DNA of 63,914 bases, counting the filler, from Phoronis australis (taxonomy: Eukaryota; Animalia; Phoronida): the NCBI GenBank assembly GCA_002633005.1. It is 7 parts of 7 records of this genome, joined end to end, with 100 filler letters (N's around TTAATTAATTAA, not from the genome) between each part and the next. Parts side by side here need not be neighbours in the genome. Positions count along the whole stretch, not along the records: positions 27,083 to 46,465 come from NMRA01001444.1; positions 46,566 to 49,589 come from NMRA01001021.1; 5 more parts are not named here. One strand, written 5' to 3'. Each line of letters opens with the position of its first letter. Within the stretch, counting starts at the first letter, position 1. A program made the position numbers and the translations under genes. Below the pieces are notes generated by a model. It searched no databases, was not told the origin of the DNA, and was given only the letters and a program-made list of their open reading frames with translations. This document shows positions 37,601 to 49,300 of this stretch, one piece after another.

Positions 37601-40600
37601 TATAAATGGGTGAAAGCTGGGCACACCCAGAGTACAGGGATAAACTTAGCCACTCGCTCAGTCGCCAATGCGAGTAAAAATGGTGCTGGGCAAGTAGAAG
37701 TTGACTTGCCGGTTGCCCAGGTGGCGAGCAAATTTTCAGAGCGCAAAAGCACTTAGTGGTCTACCGTTTCCTAGATGAACATGAATAAATTTTCTCCTCC
37801 GTGTTGTTTTTATCGTGAATTTAAGGTTCAGTTTGGTCAACGTGTCGATGCTCCGGCAGTAAAAAACATCGGCGCAGTGCGATCCCACCGATTCAGTACA
37901 TGTCACCCGTTACGCGATTCGTCTAGACAAAAGATCACAGTTTGTGGTGGTGCACAAAAGAATTTGTGGACTAGTTCGAGACAAAGAAAAGGGGGGAAGG
38001 TGGAAGACCGGTCCACGTGCTCACAGCAATTGAAATGCCATACTTCTTGGAGCTGATTTCTTATTGTAATGTGCAATGTCATTTTAGCCAAAATTATTTT
38101 ATAAATAATATAGCATTCGTCCTAGTAAGTGCCCATGCCCCTATAAGCACTCCCACTCGTTTTCAGACTTCGCAAAAATAAGCGCCCAGTCCATGAACAT
38201 GAACGGAAAAATGCCTTACCTACAGTTCTAAAATTCTACAATGATGTCTTCAATTTATCAATAATATCTGACAGTCCTGAAAAATCATTGTGGGCAGAAT
38301 TTCCAGACCACGAGTCTCGCCCCTGTGTCAGTATTTAGCCGTGGCTGTACACCTCAAACTTTCGCAGTGCTTCAAAAAGAACACAAAAGTTTTGCTGATC
38401 TTGCAAGGAACCTGTCCCACTATGGTCAGGCCTTTCATAACAGATGCGTACTGGTCAACGGGATTGTATTGTATCTTGCCCGTACAGATCTTCTCCCTCA
38501 ATAGGAATCCAGATTACTTTGTACACGTAAAAACCGTGAATCGAAATTTGACCAGTGTTAATGAGCACGTGGCCAAGAAGCAAGCGCTAGGGCCTACATA
38601 TATGTGGGCTACTCTGGCAAATGATCTCTGATGACACGCACGTGCTCGCTCACTCGGCGCACACCTGCAGACTAACTTCAAAACAAACGTCACGTGACAA
38701 CAACATGAGTGTTTGTCCAGATTTTCTCGTGTTGTGCGGTGCAATCAAGTGCAGATTTGGACTTAATCTGCGGTTAATCCCGATTCCACGGGAACTTAAA
38801 AATCTTAAGGAGGCTATTTGGAAAACTTAAGGAGGATTTCAAGTAATTTGAGTCAAAACTGTATTTTTAGTCAAAAATTCAAGTTCCCTGTCGACTATCG
38901 TGAGGCAGCGATGCATCAGTCAACAAGTTTTCGCCCAGGGATTTCAGCCCATTTTTTAAAAAAAAATTAAAGATCATAATTTAACAACAAAGTTTGGTAG
39001 CAATGCACCACAGTTCTGTAGAAAGTCTGTCATAAGTTATAGATACGTCACAGTGCATAAATTTGGTGAATCCTATAGCTTCCAAATTCACCAGTTTCGG
39101 AGACCTGGTTTCAACTGCCTTAACCGGCTACAACCGGCGTCCCACGCCTTCCGAAACGAATTTTTCTAACCACTCTGGACGCTTATTAGGGCGAATACGG
39201 TAGCTCTAATAGATGGTGACATCAACGCACGAAACAATGATTTTTATTTACAGATTTTTATTTACACTGGCAGCAAGTTTGTGATGACAGACGCAAACGG
39301 CCGGGCAACTGAACTTCGGGCTGGGCAAGTAGATTTTCTGGCTCTCTCACCCAGCTGGCGAGCAGGGTTTTGAAACCTGGCTATATCCCTGGAGTAGATA
39401 CGTATGTGATATCCAGCCACCCTGCCACCTAGTGACTGGGTATTTCATGCCTTTAATCAGGTTTATAATTGATAAGTATCATGTTGAAGCAGCACTCACC
39501 TGCATTTAGCAAGGCAAAGGTAATGGAGTGACCTAGAATGACCCAGGACATGCTGAGGAACCTCACACCGTGGACACTGCGTAGACTGGAGCCTGACTGT
39601 CTGGTACTCAGTAACTTATGGCCATTGGTGTAGACAGAGAAGGCAAGCAGCAGTTTACTGGTTATACCTGAAGGTGGCAGCATATTGAGTAAATAGGTGG
39701 CACTAGTGAGCCGTAGAGTGTCGTGACTGTGATTTGATATGGCTATTGGTGTGGACAGAGAAGGCAAGCAGTAATAAATGCCAGTCAATGTTCTTCCAAC
39801 GAAAATTTAAACCTGGAGCTGAACTATGATTAGAAACTTTTTCAGATTTGAGAAAGGTGAATGATTGAAACAATTTAAACCATGTCTTGGTAGATCTTTC
39901 AATCTTAAGTGCTGGACAATTTGTAGAGACAGGTATGAACATAGCAAGCCTTAATCAGTTTATGGCCAATAACTAACCCAAGTTGTCTTGCATCCCACCA
40001 TCACCAGGTGTCACCACTGAGGTGTCACCAACCAGAGGAGTGTATTCGTCCACAGTCAGGTAGTCTCGTGAAGCTCCCAACAATGATTTGCCATCGTTAA
40101 CGACTCTTCCGTTCTCCTCACCTGGAGACTGTGACATCATCTCCAGATACACATCATATAAAGTGGCCAATAGAATGACGCCGCCAAATATGGCCAAGAT
40201 GGTGCTGCAATGAACAGTTTTTATATAGTACAGGTCAAGGTTAGTGCTGTAAAGTTCACACAGATTGGATCCAAACAAAAAGAATTTTCATGTCCACACC
40301 TGCACATTTGCAACATACCTGGTCCAGGGCTTGGAATGACCTATAACAAGAAAGAGGAAAACTAAATTTTCCAGGTGATGCATCATTCCACAAATAAATA
40401 GGCTTGGGTGATAGAAATATTTTTTGTGTATCGGTTATAAAATTTAACTGAAATAAAAGTTTTTGCATCAATAAAGTCAAAATATTGATAAAAACGTGAC
40501 AAAAAAAGGAAACTGGAAATCAAATAAGAGGAAATCGAAACCAAAAAAGAGGAAATCCTCTTAAACAAGGAAAATTCCAAGCCCTGCAGGTGCAACCAGC

Positions 40601-43600
40601 ATTATACTCTTTCAGATTGTAATCATGATAGAATAGTTTACATTTGACATGTAGCAGTCCAAAACACTTCCATTCACTAGTAATAAGCCAAGAGTTGCTT
40701 GGAAGAAGCCCCTCTTGTACACAGCTTGCCTGGAGATGTGAAATGACCAGTGTCGAAATAAAGCCGTCATTTTAAGTTTCATTTTTATTTCTCTTCGTGA
40801 TCTACTCTATCGTTCTTTGGTAGATCAACAAATACACAGCAAGTTTGAAAGAGTGCCAATTACAAATTGTAAACAAACACCGCTGCGTGTTCAAATAATT
40901 CACTAGAAATGGACAACTTTTACATCTTTGTTGTCACCGGTTACAAATAAAAAACACCCAAGTGAAAATGAATTGAGCAAAACAAATCATCATCTCAGAA
41001 TTATAATTTTCTGATGTCCAGATCTGTGACAGATTAGAATTTTTCGATGTTATATTGAAACTAAGACGAAAATTTATCAAGATCATGTGACCTGCACTAA
41101 CATTCCACAACCACCTGTCACACAATTCAATTCCATGAATCAGACAAAGGTCAAAGTTTAAACATGACCCACATCTCACTTACATAGCCACTACTGCCTT
41201 TGTGTCCAGTGGTCGGCCAGGATGTTTACAGTCCACTGCCAAGCCAGGTGTGCTAGTATTGATGTGCACAAACGGAACCAATTTGTTCAATGTCTCCATG
41301 GCTAGAACAAAAAAGTGAGAGTGCAATACGTGCAAAAATTGTCAACAACAAATTTTTGTTTCAAAAGTTGATATTGGAAAGAAATGAACCAGGTGGTCAG
41401 TGGAAAACACGAAAAGATAACCAAGAAATGAAACCAGCGATTTTATTTCTTTGGTTTTGTTTCTTACATGTCAAAACTGTGTCTATGGTGCACTCATAAA
41501 TTCAGTGTTTTCTAAATTAACTAAATTCCATCGAATACCACAAAAATGCAGCCTCAGGCATACATCGTTTATCTTTTAGGTATACGACTTTTGTTTAGCC
41601 TTCGCGGCATACCTTGAAATTGTACTTTGTGAGACAAAATAATCTAAGATTTTCCTTCACCTCTTCTCCAACACTTACCCCCAATTAGGAGAGCCTTTAC
41701 CTCAGATGAGTTGCAGACATTCGGGGTACATAGACCTACTCTTAAAGGGATGCCCTGTAAATGGAAGAAAAATATGAGGCAGTTAGGATGTTAAAGGACC
41801 CAACCTAGCCTTTATAGTATTACTCTTACACTTATGCATTTGAGACTTGAAGGGGTTAACTGGTCCACACAGTGACTTACAACTTGACGGGCATTTGTAA
41901 ATCATGGACGTCGTTCACACACAATAGGCCTTTTGAAATTGACATGCACGGTCAGTGAAAACTGATCTTTGTAATCCCTGCTCTTGGTATAGAACAATCC
42001 CTTGTTGGACTGTGTAACTTAAACAATGCATAGCCTTATCAAATTGTGAATATGCAAATGAGGTATAAATTTACAAACCACCCCGGGTCCTCCAGTGTGC
42101 CGGAAGCCATCTGAGAACCAGTTACCATTAGAATCTCACAAAAGTCTCATTTTGCAAGACTATTTTTATGTAAATGAGTATGGTAATATTTCATCATTGC
42201 AGACGAAGACCTGATGCTGTCCAAGAGAACAATGAAGGCATGTAATTTCATTTTGCCATCACCTTGGATAATATTCAACATCATGTCATTTTGCATCTCT
42301 GGTTGAGCAAATCAAATTCTAGGTATGCGCACACACTTCTTGTCCACATTTCTTAGGACAACATGGGAATCACTGGGAAACCCCCATAGAATTGTCGGTA
42401 TCCTAATGAAACAAGGCAAAGTTTTTATTATTTCACTATCAAATAACGATTGCATAATATTTGGAATTGTTATGGTTTTTTATATGTTCACACTTGTATT
42501 TAAGTGCATCAGTTGTGGTGTGTTCTGTAAAACCACAATTAATTTATATACAAATTGTTTCTTTTCCTGATTATACTTGTACACACAGTTCTCCAGGTAG
42601 TCATTATGTGGCGCTTGTTACAAATTTAAATATTCACAGTCTTAATAAGACATAGCATCAGTCTCTTGAAAAAGGGTTTATAGTCCTGGCCGAGGAGATA
42701 ATTGTTTTATTACCCCTTACAAATTAGTGAATAGGCAAACCCGAAATGATAGTCTGCATATGATTCACCCACCCAGCAAGATTAACTGGATGAAACATGA
42801 TTCGTGAGCCACAAGTCGTCACCAGGAACCAATCAGATGTCTATGTCCAGATGAGTGACTCAAGTGCAGCCATCATATGTTATGCAAATGATTGGATCGT
42901 TTATGTGTTGATTAACACATAGGTCTTGGCAGTCCCAACGAACAAGTGTGAGTGTGAGTTTGCTTGAGTATGAAATCTAACAATCTGTGTTATATCTATC
43001 GGTTAAATACAACATGTATAAAAATGGACAGGAAAATGTGATGGACATGCTGTTTGCGCATGTGTGTGCGTGTGCAGGGGTGGGTGGGGGTGGGTGTGTT
43101 TGATGCACTAGCATAGCGATGCCCGATGTCAAACACAACCAAAGTTAAACATTTTCTTAGTTTTGAAAGCTTTGTAGTTTATAGTGTCCCATAACAGATT
43201 ACACAGCAATAGAGTTCTCCTGAGTCCAAGAGGTAAGAAAGTGCATGCCTCATTTTCGAACGTCAGGCACATTTTCACAAGTCATGTCAGAACTGGTCAA
43301 GGAGTACAGTAATATAGAAGCCCCACTTTAGAAGCTCAAATTGAATTTCTTGTCTAAGTCAATTAGAATAGTAAGCAGATATATGTAATTACTTGTACAT
43401 CACAACCCTGATATTCTCGGGTATTACAAACCTGTGGTACAGGCAGGGCTGAGCCTGATGCATCAAGTGGTAGCTTGATAGGGATGTTGGCCAGGCAGTA
43501 TTGGCCATTGAACAGGAGCTGGTCAGACACGGACGTGGCATTGATCTCCACACATTCACGGTATGATCCTAACCAAGTCAGACGCAGATCACGCAGCAAA

Positions 43601-45935
43601 GATGGACCAAGCTTACCAGCAGCATCAATCACTGTAATGAGGAGGGGCATAGTAGAAATGTCAATCACTGTAATGGGAGGGGCATACCAGAAATGTCAAT
43701 CACTGTAAGGCCACATAATGAGTCATTACAGGTTGCTCCCATTTAGTCTGTATTCAATACCCCATCGGTTTTCAGAGGCCTGACATCAATCTTCATTTTG
43801 TTAAGTGCCATGCTCATTCTTTTGTCCGACGTCACAAGGCAAACACCAGTCATCTACTACGCTGAATGAATACATTAATGTAAACATGAATCGACCCAAA
43901 ACCACTGTCAAGAAATAGAAATTCATCGCAGCGTTTTGGCCAATATTAATCGTACTTCTTGCGTGAAAACAGGATCCTAATTTTTCACAAGGAATTCAGT
44001 TTAAGAAAACATGTTAAAAAATTACCAGTTTCTGTCCTTGAGATTTCAATTTGTTTCAGCCAGTATTTTATTGCCCTGCTTACATCGCTAAAACTATACT
44101 TGCTCTCTATCAAGGGCGACACCAGTTGATGCAGAGAATCATTGTCCAGTTACAACAACCACTGAATGGCTCAGTTTCCTAATGATTATACATGAGTTGG
44201 ACTCATCAGAGACGATAACTAACAATAGGATATTTGCAGGTGCCTTGATTTTTGGCTAGGAATTGATCCGATTTTCTATAAGAATATTTTAAAATTACCC
44301 AAAAATTCCTCAAATCAAGCCCAAAAATTTCCCTCAAGGCTAGAAGCACTTCTGCAAAAGGCTAGGTTTGGTTTATTGAGACATTGCCGATGAAGGTTGG
44401 TGACCCTGGATGGAATTGGTGGCGAGCGGGGGGATTTTTTCCTCAACCAAAAGTCACAGACACCTTTCCCCTCACGTGAGCCAGTGCCAAATAGTTGGGG
44501 AGACAAATCAGGGTGACATTAACCCAGATGCGTGAACACCACTGAGCAAAGGTGAGAAGAAAACGAGACTTACAATTAACAGAAAACTCATAATCTTTTT
44601 AAGCTAGTAGGGCACCTTAATGGATGAGCGTTCATCAAAGGCAACTTCTCATTAGAAACTGACAATGTCTTTAATTCCTTCCAACTTGAACAAATACTCC
44701 CATTATCGAACTTTTTCTTCGAGCGGTCCTTCGTTCAGTTCCCAAAATCGGAAACTCTCCAATTTTAACACGCGTGTGGCACGTAGTATGAAGTCATATC
44801 CCCTGGCATAAGCAGCGAAAAAGTTTAATAACGGGAGTATTAATTGTTCAAGTTGGAAGGAAGACATCGACGGCCTTCTAAGATGTCCCTCTATGCGCAA
44901 AAGGTATTTATAACGACTTGACTTTGATGTTTTATAGTCAGTGTGAGGCATAATTTACCAAAAAGTTTCCGGCGTATGGAGCTCCTATAGGAGCTACACC
45001 GTCTCTACTGAGCCAGCTAGAGATGGTGGTCACTGCCTACTCTGTCCGAGTCTCCATGAATTGCACAGACAGATCCAATGGCGGATTTAGAGGGGTTGGG
45101 GCAAGGGGGCCATGGCCACCCCCTTAAATTCTCCCAGATACCATTTGGCAATTTGGGGTGCAAATTGTTGACTAGCATATGCGCGCACCCAGGGGGGCTC
45201 GGGGGGCGAATGCACATGCAATGCGGCATAATTGACTTGAACAAATCCTGGTCAACATTTTTTTTAGTAATAAGGTCCACAAACACAACAATTCGAGACC
45301 CCTGTATCTCTACATTTTAGGCTGAGCGCGCGCAAGTGGCGAAATTCTGGTTATTCCTGTGCCCTGCCCCCTCCCCCCAACTCAAAATCCTGGATCTGCC
45401 CCCAAGATTTATAGAAGAAATAGTGTAATCCTAAGTTTTAGTGGTATACATATATCACAGGGATCCACTTACATCCACTAAATAACTGGCATTATTCAGT
45501 GGTAGTCACTGGTTCTGATCACTTCTAGATAACTTAGATTACTTAGAAGGGTGAATTCAGGACAGTACCAAATCAATGAATTAAAGTTACAAACCGCAAA
45601 CGCAGAGCCTACTACACACTTTTCAAAGCCCATGGCCGAGTTTTGTTATTCGTCAATCCCATCACGAACTCTTCTGAAGCATTCAGACAAACACTTGAGA
45701 GACCATCAGCTGCATTCGCTTCAACACTACCAATCAATTCTACAGCATCAGGCCATTTGGGGGACACATGAAAGAGTTGGCTGATGATGTCATCGCGAGC
45801 CAGAAAATTGGACAATCTTCGACCAGTCTCAATCTTAGAGTTGACTGTGTTGATTATTCTTCGAAAGTCTCCAGAAGCAAAATCTTGAGCGAGAGCCCCA
45901 ACGATGCAGCAAAATATGATTATTCGTAACAACAT
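28659..45935 (-). CDS. nrf-6: Nose resistant to fluoxetine protein 6-like / O-acyltransferase-like (NRF domain + acyltransferase-3 domain), complete 15-exon gene, 739 aa
   Basis: Exons (minus strand): 45935-45620, 43631-43432, 41754-41679, 41301-41184, 40204-39978, 39667-39500, 37460-37367, 36320-36228, 34866-34707, 33674-33595, 31982-31851, 31454-31346, 30735-30549, 29752-29610, 28775-28659. All are GT-AG and phase-consistent, totalling 2220 nt. Signal peptide; NRF motifs WALKMIDAAGK and WLGSYREC; acyltransferase motifs HGVRFLSMSWVILGH, SVDSFFVLSG, HRYWRLTP, WYLANDMQ, RPYTR, PLSRLTYCAYL, FESP. Confidence 0.93.
29118..29430. repeat. Degenerate tandem duplication with internal palindrome
   Basis: ttataagctt(n~12)aagcttataa hairpin unit repeated at ~145-bp spacing. 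Confidence 0.65.
29790..30480 (+). repeat. Degenerate ~150-bp tandem array, each unit with a CTCF-like motif
   Basis: Recurring aagtttcat.gaaatc / gccactagggggcac / gtc(t/a)gaaa blocks at spacings of 142, 161 and 153 bp; a related unit lies at ~52890-53035. Confidence 0.6.
30780..30838. repeat. 11-bp tandem repeat
   Basis: ctagga(c/t)ctca repeated 5 times. Confidence 0.9.
32625..33030 (-). repeat. Interspersed repeat, second copy of the 25818-26190 family
   Basis: Reverse-complement similarity along its whole length. Confidence 0.75.
34476..34688. mobile_element. Intact Tc1/mariner-pogo-type MITE
   Basis: Perfect 19-bp TIR ccgtaaacgttcgggttaa, TA on both flanks, internal repeated ttaaccgccc motifs. 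Confidence 0.85.
37635..39391. mobile_element. hAT-like non-autonomous element with 5-bp TSD, containing a nested TA-flanked element
   Basis: Ends CAGGGATA / TATCCCTG; GAGTA on both flanks; gctgggcaagtaga subterminal motif near both ends; no transposase ORF. Confidence 0.7.
38108..39202. mobile_element. Nested Tc1/mariner-pogo-type element (left end degenerate)
   Basis: Right end cttattagggcgaatacgg|ta is mirrored by degenerate attcgtcctagtaagtgccc at ~38115. Confidence 0.45.
40325..40586. mobile_element. hAT-like MITE
   Basis: Perfect 13-bp TIR cagggcttggaat / attccaagccctg; repeated aagaggaaa internal motif; no clear TSD. Confidence 0.65.
45076..45404. mobile_element. GC-rich MITE related in termini to 16749-16972
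   Basis: caatggcggat ... atctgccccca termini; flanks AGATC / AGATT (4/5 match). Confidence 0.55.
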
Positions 45936-46032
45936 GTTGGATTTTGCAAGCCCAAACAATCAACAGGCAAGGCTCCCCTTCCCCGATTCACCAAAGCATG
46001 ACCCAAGCTGACCTAAATTGAACGTCATAACT

Positions 46033-46046
46033 GCGCCACCTGGTGA
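46033..46046 (-). promoter_or_regulatory. CTCF-consensus-like site ~100 bp upstream of the nrf-6-like start codon
   Basis: CACCAGGTGGCGC on the minus strand; motif match only. Confidence 0.35.
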
Positions 46047-47755
46047 CTAATGCTGATGCTGTAGTTTTAGTAAGCACAGATTTTAAAAAATCTTCTCAAC
46101 CCAGGAACGCATATTATGCGTAAACTTGGTTTTATATCCAAAGGCAATTTTCCAAGTTCTCTCAAATAATCAAGTAAACTTCATATCGAAAAATGCACTG
46201 CAGTAAAGAAAATCACATGTCTATAAAATAATGTAAATTGAGTAGCCAATCTTTATTGTTGTTTTTGTTTTCAATTATTGCGAAGTGGCGATCCAACGAT
46301 AATTGATTAGCCTTTCACACATATTCCTCCGATTCCTGTGACACAAGTTCCGGTAAAGGAGAAAACAGGTTATAGCGGGACCAATAATTAGAAAAACTGA
46401 ATTTTCACCGTATTACTTGAATGAATATTTAATTTCACGCATACGCAATCTTGAGATCAATGAGCNNNNNNNNNNNNNNNNNNNNNNNNNNNNNNNNNNN
46501 NNNNNNNNNTTAATTAATTAANNNNNNNNNNNNNNNNNNNNNNNNNNNNNNNNNNNNNNNNNNNNAAATGAAGCACAAAATGAAGGCTTGATCAGTTTTA
46601 ACTCACATACCATAGCTACCACCAGACTATATTTTGAGAAAGTGAAGACAACAAAGTTAGGAGCCTTTCAAAAAGGAAAAAGGGCAATTTTGGGCAATTG
46701 CTTTTGTCCGAACTTGACGAGATTTTACTGTACATGTACTAATACTCAAACGAATTAATGATAAATAATTGTTTACAGGCTAAGATAATTTGGTCGGATT
46801 CATGTGAAACTTTCACATACTATTCTTTTAACGCTCTGTTCTCCAAAATGCTGCAAGGTATTGTTTTTAAAATATTCCGCTTTTGCATAGGGTTTACTAA
46901 AAATAGGACTTTTATAGTTTTTCAGGAAAAATCAACAAAAGTCGCATAAAATGGAAATAAAAGGAAAATTCAGGACACTATAACAGTGATTTCATCTTAT
47001 CAATATACCAAGCAAAATTTGGTCATGATTTCATTATCATTAGTTTGCTACGAATGTACCTTCTTTCATTGTTAAATTTTAGTGAAAAGACATGGTCACG
47101 TGACTCTATTAATGACAGATTATTGTAAAGCTAAGCCGAATTCTACAAGTTTTCTACTTTTCAGAAAATACAAACATTCACTGAGTTGAAATCTAAAGCT
47201 TTGATGCTATTTCAATTTTGATAACATACACAGACTTGACTATAAGGCCCCACATAACCTTAATGGTGTTGAATGTATACCCTCAGAAAATATTCACTCT
47301 CAGATACACACTTCAGAGAGGCAGCACAGTAGACACTACCTTCAGCATAACAAGATGTATCCTCCTGGCATTTGAAGCAGGTAAAAAATCCCTTGGCCAC
47401 TTGCCATCATAAAATTGGACTAAAAATCATTTCGGAGCTTGTAAGGAGACAACAGATTGTCATTAGTTAAGACCCCGCTCAATCAACTGGTTTGACCCGA
47501 CAGATCGTTTTATGCACTGAGGATGGCCTCAAGTAACAATGAAATCTCAGCTCTTCAAAAGTCAAGAAATTACGTCTAAGAAAAGTAAGGATTAAGTTGA
47601 GACCATTTTTATAACAGCAGGTGGCCAAAATCAAAATCTTTTGGGAGGAAGCCGGTTCATAGCTGCTATAGTGAAAAAGATGTTGATGAAATATTGGATC
47701 AGAAAATACTCTTAATAGCAATTAAGAAGCAGTGACTTGGGGAAACAACTTTAGC

Positions 47756-48436
47756 TTAGAATGTGTGAGTTTTATCACGAAAACCTTTCAAGCTAATGGG
47801 CGCTTGATACCAAATCATATCCTCATCGCAAACACCACTGTCACTCTCTGAGCTGATGTTAACATCCTGCAAACTCCTGTTGACAGTGGTTGGAGCCTCA
47901 TGGCTTTCATCCAATGGACACACTCCTGACATGTTGAAGCTTGATTCATTCATTAATGACATCTCTGTTTGAGCGATTTCGCACGACGTTGTGTTGTGTA
48001 TGTTAAAAATTAAATGCTGACCACGAACAGGTAAGCTGTACGAAACTTTCGGCAAAAACCAATCGATATGAGAGTCTCTACCAGCTTCGATGAGCACGTG
48101 AAAGCCGCACGGCGATAACTGACGCATGTCACCAAAAACGTCTTTGGAAATCATCTGCTGAAAAAAGGACCTTACACACGAGTCGGCAGTCAATCTTTCG
48201 TTTTCTGATGAAGTATTAGGAAACTTCAAAACATACACTTCTTTCGGGCTAACAACAGTCGCTCCAAGTATAACCACCACTTGAGATATGGATGGTCCAG
48301 CTTTCGTGAAAACATTTTTCAAATTGTCCAAAATAATGTCTAATGATTCCACAAACTTCTTCACCTTTGCATCCCTTGACTTTGACTTCTTCCTGGACAT
48401 ATTGGGAGTGGGGTGTGTTTCAATTACCTGGCTGGC
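47756..48436 (-). CDS. MAD2L1BP: MAD2L1-binding protein (p31comet), terminal coding exon; upstream exon(s) not found in this contig
   Basis: Motifs VILGATVVSPKEVY, SCVRSFF, WFLPKVSYSLPVRG and C-terminal DMIWYQAPISLKGFRD match the p31comet family; acceptor ttttcattaaag|GCC at 48436; stop at 47756. Confidence 0.88.
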   Translation of the reverse strand, partial: ASQVIETHPTPNMSRKKSKSRDAKVKKFVESLDIILDNLKNVFTKAGPSISQVVVILGATVVSPKEVYVLKFPNTSSENERLTADSCVRSFFQQMISKDVFGDMRQLSPCGFHVLIEAGRDSHIDWFLPKVSYSLPVRGQHLIFNIHNTTSCEIAQTEMSLMNESSFNMSGVCPLDESHEAPTTVNRSLQDVNISSESDSGVCDEDMIWYQAPISLKGFRDKTHTF

Positions 48437-49077
48437 CTTTAATGAAAACAGCAACACGATTAGAACAAGAAAGACGTACGTATAACTTTTAAGCACCTGA
48501 GGTCACTAGTATCGTGTATACAAATCCATGTGTATTTGTAGGGGACAAAAGGTTGTTTTTTCCCAGTTATCAACAAGTGGACATCAGGATCAAGGACCTT
48601 GGTCAATTTCGTGTATCCAATGGACACGCATGTATGTAAAGTAATTCTTTACTAATTTGTTCAAACTAATGAATTGTTTCTGCAGACACGTACAGCGCAA
48701 ATTATTTGTAGATTTTCATCGATGCACAAAATGTTAGAAGTTTTACTGAGGAGCACATACTGAAACTGAATATAACGATACATGAAAAGCATAACGAAAA
48801 GTATTTATTCAATACATTGTAAAATATAACAGAAGTAATTATTGCTCTGTTGTCACAATACAACACTCAAACTGAACATTTCTAGATCAATTTTAAAATC
48901 TGAAAACATGGAAAGACTCACAAGTTGTATGCATTAGCTTTTCTGAAAAAATTTGCAGTAGATAGAACTGTGACGTTACATATCAATTGATGGGTTACAC
49001 GTCCCAGACGGTAACGTGTAGACAACTGAACATGCCAGGCTGTTGTCATGTATCGGCAACCAATGCGACCCAGTCAG

Positions 49078-49300
49078 ATGCCTTGGTACAAACCTGTATA
49101 CTAAATAACAGGCACCTTTGATCAGCCCTCAACTATTGAGGGCTACTTAAAGGTGCCTGTGACTAAATATACATGCTATCCAAAGTAGCCTTGGCACAAA
49201 GCTGTATACTAAATTTAGACGATAGTCTTCATACAGCTAGCAAGCTGGCTGGTAGCCTTGGTACAAAGCTGTATACTAAATTTTGATGATAGTCTTCATA
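49078..49300. repeat. Degenerate tandem repeat
   Basis: gccttggtacaaagctgtatactaaat recurs three times. Confidence 0.7.

Noticed and set aside
48437-48496. Hydrophobic signal-peptide-like N-terminus on the p31comet ORF
   Set aside because: This is the translated polypyrimidine tract of the upstream intron
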